DNA of 64,000 nt from Nitrospirota bacterium. GTDB taxonomy: Bacteria; Nitrospirota; UBA9217. The stretch is taken from contig OY760142.1 in the NCBI GenBank assembly GCA_963663225.1, positions 512,001 through 576,000 of the forward strand, in the 5' to 3' direction. The position numbers and the translations under genes were made by a program. Positions within the stretch are counted from its first letter, which is position 1. Each line of letters starts with the position of its first letter. The notes under the pieces were generated by a model, which was not told the DNA's origin, did no database searches, and saw only the letters and a program-made list of their open reading frames with translations. Shown in pieces: positions 17,845 through 30,073 of the stretch.

Positions 17845-19410
17845 ATGCGTAGTGAAAAACGATCCGGTTTTGAAGCAATACTGAGCAGGCTGAGGCTCAG
17901 TAAACGGTTTACTCTTGCCACGAAATTCAACATTCTTACCATCAGCCTGGTCCTCATCACCTCGGCAGGAGCATGCTTGTTCATGATTCGTATGGAAATG
18001 ACGCAATCCTATCAGGAATTGCTGAACCACGGAAAAACAATTGCGGATACGACCGCCAGAAACTGCGAGCTCGGTATTTATACAGAAAACAGGGAGTTGC
18101 TGCTTCCCGTGCTTGAAGCTCTAGCCTCAGATTCAGTGATCGCCTATGTCTCTGTCATAAACCCGCACCATGCCATACTCGCATCACGCGTTTTCCAAGG
18201 CACTGATCGACTCTTCCCGAAACATTCCATCCCAATTCTCGACAATTCACCCCTGCCCCAGCGCACGGATTTCGTGGATGAAGAAAGCGACCTGAAGTTC
18301 TCACGGACAGTTGCCGATCAAATTCGGCACGCAGATTTTATCGATGAGAAAAATGGCATAAGGTACACTGAAATTTTATGCCCGCTCATGAGCGGAGAAG
18401 ACCGCAATATTTCAAGCAGTCCTTTCAAGGATGATCAGTCCTCATCTGTCGAACCTGTCGTCATAGGGTATGTACGACTTGGCCTGACGCACGAAGGCCT
18501 TCAAAAACGCATCAGACAGATGCTCTTTTCCCTTGCCATCTTTACATCCGTGCTTGTACTGCTCGGAATAGCTTTTACCTTTTTTTTGACGCGCAAGATC
18601 ACCTCTCCGCTGAAGCGTCTTCGGGAGGCAACGCAGGACATCGCGGAGGGAAAATTCGACACCCCGTTTACAATACGCACCAGTGATGAAATTTCAGATC
18701 TTGCCGGATCATTCGATCACATGCGGGACCGGCTGCAGACATACCGTGCTCAGATTGAAGAACGGCTCGCCGTAGAGCAACGGCACCTACTTGAAAAAGA
18801 AAAGCTCATGATGGACCTTCATGACGGAATCGGGGGCATCACAACAAATATCAGTATCTTGTCGGCGTTGGCCCAGAAATCAACCGATCCGGATCATATA
18901 AAAAGAACGCTGTGTACCATCTCCGAGCTTTCCGACGAGGGAGTCTCTGAGATACGCAGTTTTATGCAGAGTCTGGACAGCAAGGAACTGACCTGGCACT
19001 CGCTTGGAGTAGAAATCAGAAAACAGGGTTCCGCACTCGCGGAGCCCCATTCTCTCAGTTTTACGGCCGAAATAACCATAGAAGACCCTGCCGATCAGCC
19101 GGGCAGTCTGCTTTGGCTGAATCTCTTCCGGATTTACAAGGAATCGCTGACCAATGTTATAAAACACTCGCGGGCGTCATCGGTGACGGTCCGGCTGTAC
19201 GTCACCACGAACAGTCTGTTCCTGAGCGTTCGAGACAACGGCCTTGGATGCGCCAAAATTCCAAATCCGGGCCGTGGGCTGCCGAACATGGAAAAGCGCG
19301 CCCGGGAAGTCGGAGGAACGTTGCAGGTATCAGGTTCAGGCGAAGGCACTCTGGTGAATCTGGAAATACCCTTGCCTTTGGTCTACACGATACAGGACAG
19401 AGAAGAATAG
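17845..19410 (+). CDS. Membrane HAMP histidine kinase (HisKA_3/NarX type)
   Basis: Two TM helices, HAMP, 'DLHDGIGG', 'ESLTNVIKHS', 'RDNGLG', 'GRGL.NM'. Confidence 0.9.
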   Translation: MRSEKRSGFEAILSRLRLSKRFTLATKFNILTISLVLITSAGACLFMIRMEMTQSYQELLNHGKTIADTTARNCELGIYTENRELLLPVLEALASDSVIAYVSVINPHHAILASRVFQGTDRLFPKHSIPILDNSPLPQRTDFVDEESDLKFSRTVADQIRHADFIDEKNGIRYTEILCPLMSGEDRNISSSPFKDDQSSSVEPVVIGYVRLGLTHEGLQKRIRQMLFSLAIFTSVLVLLGIAFTFFLTRKITSPLKRLREATQDIAEGKFDTPFTIRTSDEISDLAGSFDHMRDRLQTYRAQIEERLAVEQRHLLEKEKLMMDLHDGIGGITTNISILSALAQKSTDPDHIKRTLCTISELSDEGVSEIRSFMQSLDSKELTWHSLGVEIRKQGSALAEPHSLSFTAEITIEDPADQPGSLLWLNLFRIYKESLTNVIKHSRASSVTVRLYVTTNSLFLSVRDNGLGCAKIPNPGRGLPNMEKRAREVGGTLQVSGSGEGTLVNLEIPLPLVYTIQDREE

Positions 19411-19546
19411 ATACTGCTGTATTGCAAGGATGGCGAGCATGCGCGGAAATCCGGCCGGCTGTAATTCCTGACCAACGATAGCTGTCTGCTGTCTTTACTC
19501 GGGGGAATAAGCGCCTTCGTCACATGCTTGCGCTTTTTGCATCGCA

Positions 19547-22255
19547 TCATACGGCAAGAACTTTTCGGATTTTTTGGGACAATGCTGCCAGGGTAAACGG
19601 TTTCTGCAGAAAATTCGTATCGTTGTCCAAAACACCATGGCTTCCTATTATGTTTCCGGGATAGCCGGACATAAACAAAACCTTCAGATCAGGATAGTCG
19701 CGCTTCAGGACTTCAAATAATTCCTTGCCGTTTAATTTCGGCATAATGACGTCGGTCAAAAGCAGATTGATGCCACCTGGATACTTCTTCGCTGCTTCAA
19801 TGCACTGATCTTCATTTTCCGCCGTGACCACGCTGTACCCAAGTCCTTCAAGCATTTTGCAAACAAGTGCACGGACCGTCTTGTTGTCTTCAACAACCAG
19901 TACGACGCCGGTACCTTGTTCAATTATTGCCGACTCGGTTTGCTGCTCTTTTTTCTCCCTTTCTTCCACTGCTCTCGGCAAATAAATTCTGAATATGCTC
20001 CCCTGTCCTCTTTCCGAGTAAACGGAAATGGAACCGCTATGCTGTTTAATAATTCCATATACGGTTGAGAGGCCCAGACCTGTGCCCCGGCCCAGTTCTT
20101 TCGTGGTAAAAAACGGTTCGAAGATATGCTCCTGCGTCTGCGCGTCCATTCCGATGCCGGTATCGGTCACCGACAGCATAACATACGGTCCCGGCGTAAC
20201 TTCCAAGTGGGTGTCTACATATGACTCATCAATAATGACGTTTTGAGCTTCAATGGCCAGACTCCCCCCGGAGGGCATTGCATCCTGCGCATTGACGGCA
20301 AGATTTAGCAAAACCTGTTCCATCTGTCCCTTGTCAGCCCGCACCAGGCCCAATGACGGCTGAATGCTGATTTTTATCAGAATATTTTCGCGGATTGTCC
20401 GATGCAGGATGGGCTCGAATTCATAAACGAACTCACCCAGATTAAGCAGCCGCAACTCAAGCACCTGTTTCCGGCCGAAAGCGAGCAGGCGCCTCGTCAG
20501 TCCTCGTGCCAGCGTCGCAGCTTGCCTGATGTGATCAAGCTTCATATATCGGGGATCTTCTTTGGAAAAATTACGCATCAGAATTTCACTGTAGCCGAGT
20601 ATCGGCGTCAGCAGGTTGTTGAAGTCATGCGCCACGCCGCCCGCCAACAGCCCCACCGTTTCCATTTTTTGGGACTGGAAGAGCTGCTCCTTAAGCTTCG
20701 ACCGTTCTTCTTCCGCCTGCTTGATGTCGGTAATGTCGCGAATTGACTCTATTGCGCCGGCAATGTCGCCCTTGTTGTTAAAAAGCGGTACTGCTTTTCC
20801 CCAGAGACTCAGTCGTTTGCCGTGAATTACCGCAGTGGTTTCGGCCACGAGCGTCAGTCCGTCCCGCTTAATGTAAAGAAATTTTTCTTCCAATTCCTTA
20901 TTCGGCTCAAAGATGAGATCAAGCAGCATGGGCCGGCGGGTCCCATAAAAATACAAGGCATATTCATAGTTACCTTTTCCCAGCATTTTCTCGGCTGTGA
21001 CGCCGAATAATTCCTGAATTGCCCGATTCCAGGCTATCACCTTTCCTTCCCTGTCTATCGCAAAAGTCGCGTCCGGCAAAAAATCTATGATTTCGGACAG
21101 CCTTTTCTCTGATTCCCGCAATGCCTCTTCTGCCCGCTTGCGCCGGATAACCGCTCCTACCAGGAGCGCCACCATGGCGCAGAGGATTACCAGCACTGAA
21201 AAAATTGTGATTATAAATTTCCTATGCTCGACAAAAATCGATCTCGGTTTGTTTATGACGTTGCTACCAGGCGGAAGCTCTTTTTCAGCAATGCCGAACC
21301 GTTTCAACTGCGCAAAATCGAACATCGGGCTGATGAACGCCGTTGTCTCCACAGGTATAGCTTCCGCTTCTACTCCCGCAAGAACCCGCAAAGCGAGATC
21401 AGCGGCTCTGCGTCCATGATCCTGCCCGCTGAGTAGATAACCGCCGACGATACCGTATCCGAGTCTGGCCTCATGCACTCCATATACCGGCGATTTTGCT
21501 CCGGAGGTAAAAAGCTTCGTTGTTTCTGCGTGAGAAAAATTTTCTCCTTTGCGGTCTGTAGAATAAGACGTTATCAAAACGATCACATTTGATGGGAGCG
21601 CCTTTATCGTGGCCCGGGCTTCCTCAAACGTGCTAGGAGGCAGGAAACGGATATTTATGTGCCCGCTAAAATAAGGAATAATCCCCTCAACTTCGTGTCG
21701 TGACGAAATGCCGCTGATAGTTGTGTCGGCTATTATCAGTACTTCCTTTGTCCCCGGATGCAATCTAAGCGCCGTCTCGATGGTGTTTTTTACGGCTTGC
21801 ACTTCAACGACACCTGTCACCTGCTTACGGCCCTTCAGAAGGGATGGGTGAAAGTCATTGACGCCTGCAAAAACAACGGGTACTCCGGGAAAAAGTTCCG
21901 TTTGGTAGAGCGCAAGCATGTCGAGGGCGGGATTGTCAAGCGAGATAATCAGGTCAATATGCTCACCGCGATATTTACTCGCCAGGAAGTTCTTCATGCG
22001 GGTAAGATTCTTCTGGTCCGTACGGTGTTTCGCATCCAGGTACTCGACCATAATGTCCATGGTCGGATAAACATCCCGCACTCGTGCAACCACCCCTGCC
22101 TGCTCAGAGTCCGACCACGAATACCCCGCATGGTATGAGTTAATAATAAGAATATGCTTCTCGGTTGAAGAGTGAGCGGATGGCGTCGTCGGGACCGTAA
22201 GAAAAGACAGCAGCATAATCAGGAGCATTCGGGGCAGTTGAAAACGAGTGGTCAT
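19547..22255 (-). CDS. Hybrid histidine kinase: periplasmic binding domain-TM-PAS-HisKA-HATPase-REC
   Basis: 'INSYH.GY.WSD', 'AHDFNNLL', 'LLLTDVIMP'. Confidence 0.93.
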   Translation of the reverse strand: MTTRFQLPRMLLIMLLSFLTVPTTPSAHSSTEKHILIINSYHAGYSWSDSEQAGVVARVRDVYPTMDIMVEYLDAKHRTDQKNLTRMKNFLASKYRGEHIDLIISLDNPALDMLALYQTELFPGVPVVFAGVNDFHPSLLKGRKQVTGVVEVQAVKNTIETALRLHPGTKEVLIIADTTISGISSRHEVEGIIPYFSGHINIRFLPPSTFEEARATIKALPSNVIVLITSYSTDRKGENFSHAETTKLFTSGAKSPVYGVHEARLGYGIVGGYLLSGQDHGRRAADLALRVLAGVEAEAIPVETTAFISPMFDFAQLKRFGIAEKELPPGSNVINKPRSIFVEHRKFIITIFSVLVILCAMVALLVGAVIRRKRAEEALRESEKRLSEIIDFLPDATFAIDREGKVIAWNRAIQELFGVTAEKMLGKGNYEYALYFYGTRRPMLLDLIFEPNKELEEKFLYIKRDGLTLVAETTAVIHGKRLSLWGKAVPLFNNKGDIAGAIESIRDITDIKQAEEERSKLKEQLFQSQKMETVGLLAGGVAHDFNNLLTPILGYSEILMRNFSKEDPRYMKLDHIRQAATLARGLTRRLLAFGRKQVLELRLLNLGEFVYEFEPILHRTIRENILIKISIQPSLGLVRADKGQMEQVLLNLAVNAQDAMPSGGSLAIEAQNVIIDESYVDTHLEVTPGPYVMLSVTDTGIGMDAQTQEHIFEPFFTTKELGRGTGLGLSTVYGIIKQHSGSISVYSERGQGSIFRIYLPRAVEEREKKEQQTESAIIEQGTGVVLVVEDNKTVRALVCKMLEGLGYSVVTAENEDQCIEAAKKYPGGINLLLTDVIMPKLNGKELFEVLKRDYPDLKVLFMSGYPGNIIGSHGVLDNDTNFLQKPFTLAALSQKIRKVLAV

Positions 22256-22512
22256 GCAATTTCTCCCCTCTCTGATAATATTTTAGTTACTGCTGACAAT
22301 ATCTGTTTGTGAATGTTACGTTAAAAAACTGATGTTTATGACACGTTTTTTGTTCTTTTATAAAAATATAGCAAAATGTTGCACTATTTGCATGTTTTTG
22401 CAAAAAAAATGTCAAATTTCAAAGGATTCATATCATGCCATGGCATCGAAACAATGTGACGGAAGGATTAAGAAAAAATCGGCAGGTATTCCCGGTGGAA
22501 AACAGATACGAA

Positions 22513-25500
22513 TCAAGACTCAAGGACTTTTCGCACCTTTTGAGATAAAGCGGTCATGGTGAACGGCTTTTGGAGAAAATTTATGTCTTCATCCAGAATT
22601 CCATGATGCGCAATCACATTGTTGGTATAACCCGACATGAACAGGACTTTCAGACCTTGCCGGTCGCGCTTTAAAAGTTCATACAGGTCCTTTCCGTTCA
22701 GCTTGGGCATAATAACATCCGTCAGGAGCAGATCAATGGTCCCTGGATAATTTTTTGCTGTTTCAATGCAGTGGTCTACGCTTCCGGCAGACAACACGTG
22801 GTATCCCAGGCTTTCAAGCATTCCCTTGGCGAGCGTCCGTACGCTTGCGTTGTCTTCCGCCACAAGAACAGTCTCATCTCCATGCGAGGTCTCATCCTTG
22901 AGCAGCGGTTGTGCAACGGTTTCTGTCCCGTTCGCTAAAATTCTCGGCAAAAAAATCTTGAATATGCTCCCATGGCCTTTTTCCGAATACACAGAAATGG
23001 AGCCGCCATGCTGCTTCACAATGCCGTATACGGTAGACAGTCCAAGACCGGTTCCCCTGTCCAATTCCTTCGTGGTAAAGAATGGCTCAAATATGTGTTT
23101 CATGGTTTCTTCGTCCATGCCTGTTCCGGTATCGCTCACGGAAAGCATGACATAGGGCCCGGGGTCGACCTCCGGATGCGTGGACGTATATGCAGCGTCC
23201 AGTTCCACATCTCCCGCCTCGATGCACAGCACACCTCCCTCCGGCATGGCATCCTGGGCGTTAATGGCCAGATTCAGCAATACCTGCTCGATCTGTCCTT
23301 TGTCTGCATGCACCAGCCCCAGTGACGGCGGAAAATTGATTTTTATCTGAATATTTTCCCGGATCGTCCGGTGCAGCATCTGCTCAAAATCCCCAACAAG
23401 GTTTCCCAAATCGACTGCTGCAAGCTCCAGCATTTGTTTCCGTCCGAACGCGAGCAGGCGTTTTATCAGCCCCCGTGCCAGGTCCGCCGCCTGTTTTATA
23501 TATTCAAGTTTTAAACGCCTTGGATCGTCCGCTGACAGACCGCGCATCAGAATTTCACTGTAGCCGAGGACCGGTGTCAGCAGGTTGTTAAAGTCATGCG
23601 CCACGCCGCCCGCCAGCATGCCCACGGTCTCCATCTTCTGCGTTTGGAAGAGCTGTTCCCGGAGTTTTTCCTGCTCTTTTTCAGCCTGCTTGCGGGAAGT
23701 TACATCATTATACATCCTCATTGAATGGTATCCGAAAGGCCCGCCGAATACCTCGGCGATCTTGGTTGAACCGTCTTTGCAACGGATATATACCTCATAC
23801 CCCTGGATCGGTGGGCCTCCTTCCGCAACTCTCTTGATTGCTGCTGCCAGCATTTTTTTGAGATATTCCCGGTAGTCGGGGTCGGGATATGCAAGCTGAA
23901 ACCATGCATCCAGGGTAGGAACGTCCTCTTGTGAATATCCAAAGGTCTCGACGAACTTTGGATTGACATATTCGATCTCCCCCGTATCCGTTCCCGTCAC
24001 GATAGGCAGCGGTAATGCCTCTAGCATTTTTTTGAATTTTGCTTCATTCTCCCGCAATATATCATCCGCCTGTTTCCGCGCAGTGACGTCACGAGCCGCC
24101 GCGTAAATCAAATCGTTCTGGAATGGCTTCGAGCGCCACTCAATCCATCGATAGGAACCGTCGCTGCAACGGTATCGGTTGGTAAAATCAATAATATCCC
24201 GGCCGGCCGCAAGATCAGCTGTAACCTGCATGGTGGAGGAGACATCGTCGGGGTGGACGAAATCCATAAATTTCCTGCCTTCCAGCTCATTCAGTCTATA
24301 GCCGAGCGTCTGTTCCCAGGCAGGGTTTAGTTTAATCAGCCGTCCATCAAAGTTGGCAACGCACAGCAGGTCGAGCGACAGGCTGAATATGCGGTCCAGT
24401 TCTTCGGATTTTTCCCGCAGCGTCTGCTCCACCCGTTTCTGTTCAGTAATATCGACATGCTGCACGATTACATTCATCAACCGTTTATGATCATCGATGA
24501 TCGGAGACATAGTTATGTCCAGTATCAACGGTTGCGACGGATGCCTGCTTTCAATGCTCGGCATTCTGGAAGTATCATACTGCATCGTAAACCGCACTGT
24601 TTTTTGCTGTTCGAAAACCTGTTTGAGCAGAGGCATCAGCCCCTGCTCCCGGACCATCTCGTCCTGAAACACATTGTACTTGCCGAGCAGGTCTTTGTCT
24701 GCAACACGCAGGACATCGCGCAGGACCTGGTTTGATCTGATCAGGGTCCCGGTGTTGTCGGCCACCCAGGTAGAATAAGGACTGTGTTCCAGAACGCTGT
24801 CCAAAAAGGCTTTCGAAGAGCGTAATGAATCTTCCGTGCGTTTACGACGGACAATGGCCGCTATTAGCAACAGCACCAACGAAAGAAGCACAATCAATAT
24901 TGCAACAGTCCCTATCACCAGTTTCTTATGTTTGTCTAAGAATGATTCTGGAGCGTTTACCAGAGTAGTGCCACGGGGAAGATTTTCCTGCAGAATGCCG
25001 AACCGCTGGAGTTGTAAAAAATCAAACATCAGCTTGGAACTGCCTTCTTGTTCGACTGGGATCGCATCAGGTGGCACACCGGACAAAATTCTCAATGCAA
25101 GGTCCGCCGCCCTGTGCCCATGTTCTTTGCCGCTCAGCATGAATCCACCGACAATGCCATGCCCCAGCCGGGTTTCATGCGTTGCATATACAGGGACTGT
25201 TGCGGCGGAAGCAAAGAGCCGCGTACTCTCGGAAAGAGAGGCGGTATTTCCTTGACGGTCAGTGGAAAAAGAATGAATCAGAACGATCGCATCCTGGGGG
25301 AGCGCGGCTATTGCCACCCGTGCTTCTTCAAACGTGCTGGGAGGAAGAATTTTTACTTTAACACGTTCTTCGAAATGCGGAAGCAGTTTTTCCACGTCCT
25401 TGAGCGCCGCTATCCCGCTCATGGTATTGTCGTTGACCACCAGAATCTCTCGTGTTTTCGGGTGGAGTGCAAGCGCCAATTCCAGCGTGTTTTTTACATC

Positions 25501-25956
25501 TTGCTTTTCTATGATGCCTGTTATTTGTTTCTGACCCGCAAGCATGGCCCGGTCAAAGTGACTGATCCCTGCAAAAACGGCGGGAACGGTAGGGAAGAGT
25601 TCATTGCGATAGCGAATGAGCATATCCAATGCCGGGTTGTCGAGAACTATTATCAAATCGATTTTTTTGCCTCGATATTTTTCCAGCAAAAATTTTTCTG
25701 CGATCTGCAGGTCTGCCCGGACAGGATGCCGTTTTGCATCAAGAAATTCAACCGGCACATCAGCTTCAGGATAGACAGACTTCAGCCGTTCGATGAATCC
25801 GGACATTTCGGCATCGGACCAGGCAAAACCTTGATGGTAGGAATTAATGATGAGAACGTTCTTTTGAAACGGGGGAGCAGCATGCACTGTCTGTGCGGCA
25901 CAGAGAATCAGTAAAACAATTCGGGCTATCCAGTGCTGCCGAACACGAAAAAACAT
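22513..25956 (-). CDS. Hybrid histidine kinase: periplasmic binding domain-3xPAS-HisKA-HATPase-REC
   Basis: Same architecture as the neighbour with extra PAS domains; TTG start. Confidence 0.92.
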   Translation of the reverse strand: MFFRVRQHWIARIVLLILCAAQTVHAAPPFQKNVLIINSYHQGFAWSDAEMSGFIERLKSVYPEADVPVEFLDAKRHPVRADLQIAEKFLLEKYRGKKIDLIIVLDNPALDMLIRYRNELFPTVPAVFAGISHFDRAMLAGQKQITGIIEKQDVKNTLELALALHPKTREILVVNDNTMSGIAALKDVEKLLPHFEERVKVKILPPSTFEEARVAIAALPQDAIVLIHSFSTDRQGNTASLSESTRLFASAATVPVYATHETRLGHGIVGGFMLSGKEHGHRAADLALRILSGVPPDAIPVEQEGSSKLMFDFLQLQRFGILQENLPRGTTLVNAPESFLDKHKKLVIGTVAILIVLLSLVLLLIAAIVRRKRTEDSLRSSKAFLDSVLEHSPYSTWVADNTGTLIRSNQVLRDVLRVADKDLLGKYNVFQDEMVREQGLMPLLKQVFEQQKTVRFTMQYDTSRMPSIESRHPSQPLILDITMSPIIDDHKRLMNVIVQHVDITEQKRVEQTLREKSEELDRIFSLSLDLLCVANFDGRLIKLNPAWEQTLGYRLNELEGRKFMDFVHPDDVSSTMQVTADLAAGRDIIDFTNRYRCSDGSYRWIEWRSKPFQNDLIYAAARDVTARKQADDILRENEAKFKKMLEALPLPIVTGTDTGEIEYVNPKFVETFGYSQEDVPTLDAWFQLAYPDPDYREYLKKMLAAAIKRVAEGGPPIQGYEVYIRCKDGSTKIAEVFGGPFGYHSMRMYNDVTSRKQAEKEQEKLREQLFQTQKMETVGMLAGGVAHDFNNLLTPVLGYSEILMRGLSADDPRRLKLEYIKQAADLARGLIKRLLAFGRKQMLELAAVDLGNLVGDFEQMLHRTIRENIQIKINFPPSLGLVHADKGQIEQVLLNLAINAQDAMPEGGVLCIEAGDVELDAAYTSTHPEVDPGPYVMLSVSDTGTGMDEETMKHIFEPFFTTKELDRGTGLGLSTVYGIVKQHGGSISVYSEKGHGSIFKIFLPRILANGTETVAQPLLKDETSHGDETVLVAEDNASVRTLAKGMLESLGYHVLSAGSVDHCIETAKNYPGTIDLLLTDVIMPKLNGKDLYELLKRDRQGLKVLFMSGYTNNVIAHHGILDEDINFLQKPFTMTALSQKVRKVLES

Positions 25957-26105
25957 TGGTTGCCGTTGTCCCTTTCAATGGGGCTATGAGCGACTTTTGT
26001 TCATTCGAGGAACAGGAATATTTAAATACTATAACAAAAAAGCATGAAGTTTGTAAATATTTTTTTGTATCTATGATAACCAGAAGACGACAAAACGCCG
26101 TGGTT

Positions 26106-29100
26106 TTATGATTCCATCGCCCGTCGTATTTTGTGCGACAGATCATGTACGGTAAAGGGTTTCTGAAGAAAATTGACGTCCTCGTCCAGAACGCCGTGGT
26201 GGCTGATGACATTCGCGGTATAACCGGACATGAACAAAACCTTCAGATAAGGACGGAATCGTTTTAACTCAGCGTATAGTTCTTTTCCGTTTTTCTTCGG
26301 CATAATCACGTCTGTCAGAAGCAGGTCGATGGCTTCAGGATATTTTTCCGTCATTTCGATACAATGCTCCGTGCTTTCGGCTGTGAGAACATGATACCCA
26401 AGGCTTTCTAGCATTTTACAGGCAAGTGTCCGGACTGTTTCGTTGTCTTCCATAACGAGTATGGTCTCGCTGCCCTTCTCAAGTTTTTTTTCAGAACGCA
26501 GCGTGTGATCTTTTATGCTCTTGCCTTCTTCCGTGACCCGCGGAAGAAAAATTTTAAAAATGCTGCCTTGCTTTTTTTCTGAATACACGGAAATAGAACC
26601 CGCATGTTGTTTGACGATTCCGTATACCGTTGATAAACCGAGGCCCGTGCCTCGTCCCAATTCCTTTGTGGTAAAGAACGGTTCAAAAATATGGTCCTGG
26701 ATTTCCGCGTCCATCCCGATGCCGGTGTCGCTCACGGAAAGCATGATATAAGGACCAGGCACAATTTCCGGGTGCTCGATTGTATATGATTCATCAAGAT
26801 CAATCTCTTTCACCTCTATAGTCAGAACGCCGCCTTCGGGCATTGCATCCTGCGCATTGACTGCAAGATTCAGCAAAGCCTGTTCAATCTGTCCCTTATC
26901 TGCCTTCACCGTCCCCAACACCGGCGCGACATGCATTCTGATCTCTATATTTTCACGGATTGTGCGGTGCAGCACATGTTCAAACTCCCGGATAATTCCC
27001 CCGAGATTTACCGACTTTAACTCAAGCACCTGCTTCCGGCTGAACGCCAGCAAACGTCTGGTCAGTCCTTTTGCCAGGTCTGCCGCGTGGTTGATCTGTT
27101 CGAGCTTCTGGCGGTTTGGATCTTCAGGCGGAAGTCCCAGCATCATTATTTCACTGTATCCCAATATCGGCGTCAGAAGATTGTTGAAATCATGCGCCAC
27201 GCCGCCTGCCAGGAGGCCGACAGTCTCCATTTTCTGCGATTGGAAAAGCTGGTCTTTTAGCTTCACCCGCTCCTCTTCCGCCTGTTTGAATTCGGTAATA
27301 TCGCGAATTGACTCTATGGCTCCGGCAATATCTCCTTTGCTGTTATAAAGCGGCACTGCTTTTCCCCAGAGATTACGGCGTTTTCCCTGGAGAATGGTAG
27401 TGGCTTCGGCCATGATTGCTTTTCCTTCACGTTTTATGGCATGATAATTTTTCTCTATCTCCTCATCCGGCGCGGATACGAGATCAATCAACATCGGTCT
27501 TCGGGTTCCATATATCGGGAGTGCGTATTCATAGTTTCCTTTCCCCAGCATGCAATCCGCGGAAACGCCATAGAGCTCCTGAATCGCGCGATTCCAGGCA
27601 ATGATGGTCCCTTCCCGATCTATTGCAAATGTCGCGTCGGGCAGAAAAGCTATGATCTCCGACAGCCTCTGTTCCGATTCCCGCAAAGCCTCTTCAGCCT
27701 GTTTGTGTTCGGTGATGTCCTGGATCGTGCCGATCATATAGAGCACTGTTCCCTGTGCGTCAATTTCCAGCTCGCCGATACCGTGAACCCATCGAATTGC
27801 TCCATCACTGCGCCGGACAATCCGGTATTCCTGGTCGAAACGATTGTGTCCGGTAAACACATGCTGAAGCAGATACGAGCTCATCGTTTCACGGTCCTCG
27901 GGCAGCATCAGGGATAACCAGCCGTCCACGGTTCTTGGATGTTCGGCATCGATGCCGAACATATCATCCAGTGACGGCGAACTCACCCATAGTCCCTTTG
28001 TGACGTCCAGCCGGTAGGAACCTATACGCGCTACCTGCTGGGACTTGTTTAAGAAAAATTGGCTCTCCCGCAACGCTTCTTCTGCTCGTTTCCGTTCGGT
28101 AATATCAACAATAATTCCCTGGTAGTGAGTAATGTTTCCCTGAGTATTTCGTTCAATCACAGTGCGGTCGTCTATCCAGCGGATATCTCCATTCTTGCAG
28201 ACAATCCGGTATTCCTGCTGAAAGGAATTACAGCCTGACGAGGAAATGGACTGGACCTCGGCGGCAACTCGTTCCAAATCGGGAGCGTAGATGATCGAGA
28301 CATAGGAAATCGCGCCGGAACGAAGTTCTTCCGAAGAATACCCGTACTGGATCACATTCTTTGAAACAAATTCTACAGGCCAGTCTTCTGCCGCTCTCCA
28401 GCGGAAAAGTACAACAGGACTGTTTTCTATCACCTGATTCGCCTGCCTGAGCGATTCCTCCACGCGTTTCCGTTCGGTAATGTCCTCCATCAATGCCAGA
28501 ACATAATCCAGCGAGTGGTCTTTTTTCCTGACGCAGCCAATCGCAAGGTTCGTCCAGACAATTGTCCCATCTTTACGAATAAAACGTTTTTCCAGAATAT
28601 ACTCGTCAATCTCTCCGGTGGTCAGACGTGAAAAGAATTGCATGCTGAGAGCAACATCATCGGGGTGGGTCAGTTGTTCCCACGTCATCCGGATCAGTTC
28701 TTCCCGGGGATACCCCAGCATCTTGCATACTTTTTCATTGACCCGCAGCCACCCTTTTTCCGGCGATGTGATCGCCATTCCAATTAACTGGCGCTCAAAA
28801 AAAAGACTCGTCATTTCATCGCTTTTTTGCATTGCCTGCTCAGCCTTGCGGCGGCGTATAATGGCAATACTGAGAGAAGTCGTCAATCCGATCAAAATAA
28901 GGATCACGCTGCCTGCCGTCCAGACATACGTTTTGTGCATTTCGTAGAATGATTCTGGCTTGTTGATAATAAGCGAACCGCGGGGAACCTGTGATAATGA
29001 AATGCCAAATCTGATGAGTTCGTCGTAATCAAACATGTAACGGTTTGCATCCACTGCGTTATAAACAGGGATGGAATCAGCCTGTTCGCCGTTTAGGATG

Positions 29101-29975
29101 CGCACTGCCAGTTCCGTGGCCAGTTGTCCCTGCCGATACCCGCTTACTAATTTGCCTCCCATTATTCCATGTCCAAAAAATACATCCCATAGGGAGTAAA
29201 CGGGCACCGGGCTGTTCGTGGATATCCAGTTTGCCGTCCGCTCAATCACCATTTGCTGACCGTATTCATCCCGTATCTGACCATTCAGAAAAACAACGGC
29301 GTCATCTTTCAGTGTTTTCAACTTCGTGCTCAATTCGGTGGTCGTAAGATCGTCCCAGAAATCAACCTGTATCCGGGAGGGCAGTTTCGGCAAAGCCGCT
29401 ACGAAACCGTCCCGGTTATATTTATCCGCGGCCACTTTCGTCTGACCGATGACGATAATCTTAACTGTCCTTGGATGCAGCCGGAGAGCGATGTCGACTG
29501 TTTCCGGAATAGAAGAATCTTCCGCCACGCCGGTTATCCCCTGGTGCCCGGAAAGCATGGCTGGTCGGAAGTCATTTACACCGCAGAATACTACGGGAAT
29601 ATCAGGAAAAAGATGAGCTCGCTCTTTCAGGATAAAGTCGAAAGCGGCATTGTCAGTTACTATTACAAGGTCCGGCGCAGCTCTTTTCAGTTTTGACAGC
29701 AGGAAAGTACGGATTGCGTGTATGCCCTCCACATCAACAGTACGTCGCGCATCGAGATATTCCGCGCTTAACTGGATGTCATACGTGCTCCGGGTAAACG
29801 TATCCCGTATGCCGCTCATGATGGAATCAGTCCAGCCAAGGCCGGAATGATAGGAATGAATAATGAGGACTTCTTTTTGAACAGGGGCGGTTTTTTCCCC
29901 AGCTGCCGGCGTCGTGGTTATCAGAAGCAGCATGCATACTGCGGCAAGCATCCTGGTCAGCGGAATGATTATCAT
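26106..29975 (-). CDS. Hybrid histidine kinase: periplasmic binding domain-4xPAS-HisKA-HATPase-REC
   Basis: 'IHSYH.G..WTD', repeated 'DITERK' PAS ends, H-box, REC. Confidence 0.93.
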   Translation of the reverse strand: MIIIPLTRMLAAVCMLLLITTTPAAGEKTAPVQKEVLIIHSYHSGLGWTDSIMSGIRDTFTRSTYDIQLSAEYLDARRTVDVEGIHAIRTFLLSKLKRAAPDLVIVTDNAAFDFILKERAHLFPDIPVVFCGVNDFRPAMLSGHQGITGVAEDSSIPETVDIALRLHPRTVKIIVIGQTKVAADKYNRDGFVAALPKLPSRIQVDFWDDLTTTELSTKLKTLKDDAVVFLNGQIRDEYGQQMVIERTANWISTNSPVPVYSLWDVFFGHGIMGGKLVSGYRQGQLATELAVRILNGEQADSIPVYNAVDANRYMFDYDELIRFGISLSQVPRGSLIINKPESFYEMHKTYVWTAGSVILILIGLTTSLSIAIIRRRKAEQAMQKSDEMTSLFFERQLIGMAITSPEKGWLRVNEKVCKMLGYPREELIRMTWEQLTHPDDVALSMQFFSRLTTGEIDEYILEKRFIRKDGTIVWTNLAIGCVRKKDHSLDYVLALMEDITERKRVEESLRQANQVIENSPVVLFRWRAAEDWPVEFVSKNVIQYGYSSEELRSGAISYVSIIYAPDLERVAAEVQSISSSGCNSFQQEYRIVCKNGDIRWIDDRTVIERNTQGNITHYQGIIVDITERKRAEEALRESQFFLNKSQQVARIGSYRLDVTKGLWVSSPSLDDMFGIDAEHPRTVDGWLSLMLPEDRETMSSYLLQHVFTGHNRFDQEYRIVRRSDGAIRWVHGIGELEIDAQGTVLYMIGTIQDITEHKQAEEALRESEQRLSEIIAFLPDATFAIDREGTIIAWNRAIQELYGVSADCMLGKGNYEYALPIYGTRRPMLIDLVSAPDEEIEKNYHAIKREGKAIMAEATTILQGKRRNLWGKAVPLYNSKGDIAGAIESIRDITEFKQAEEERVKLKDQLFQSQKMETVGLLAGGVAHDFNNLLTPILGYSEIMMLGLPPEDPNRQKLEQINHAADLAKGLTRRLLAFSRKQVLELKSVNLGGIIREFEHVLHRTIRENIEIRMHVAPVLGTVKADKGQIEQALLNLAVNAQDAMPEGGVLTIEVKEIDLDESYTIEHPEIVPGPYIMLSVSDTGIGMDAEIQDHIFEPFFTTKELGRGTGLGLSTVYGIVKQHAGSISVYSEKKQGSIFKIFLPRVTEEGKSIKDHTLRSEKKLEKGSETILVMEDNETVRTLACKMLESLGYHVLTAESTEHCIEMTEKYPEAIDLLLTDVIMPKKNGKELYAELKRFRPYLKVLFMSGYTANVISHHGVLDEDVNFLQKPFTVHDLSHKIRRAMES

Positions 29976-30073
29976 TTTTTAGCCTTTTGAAAACGCATCT
30001 TTCCTTCTATTACTTATCGAACTCCAAAACGATCTCTTTAGAGCAAAAAACTTCTCCGTTTTTAAACCGAACG

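Noticed and set aside
18259-18372. Short internal repeat R..DF.DE in the kinase periplasmic domain
   Set aside because: It may be a small in-frame duplication, but the similarity is too short to support a claim.
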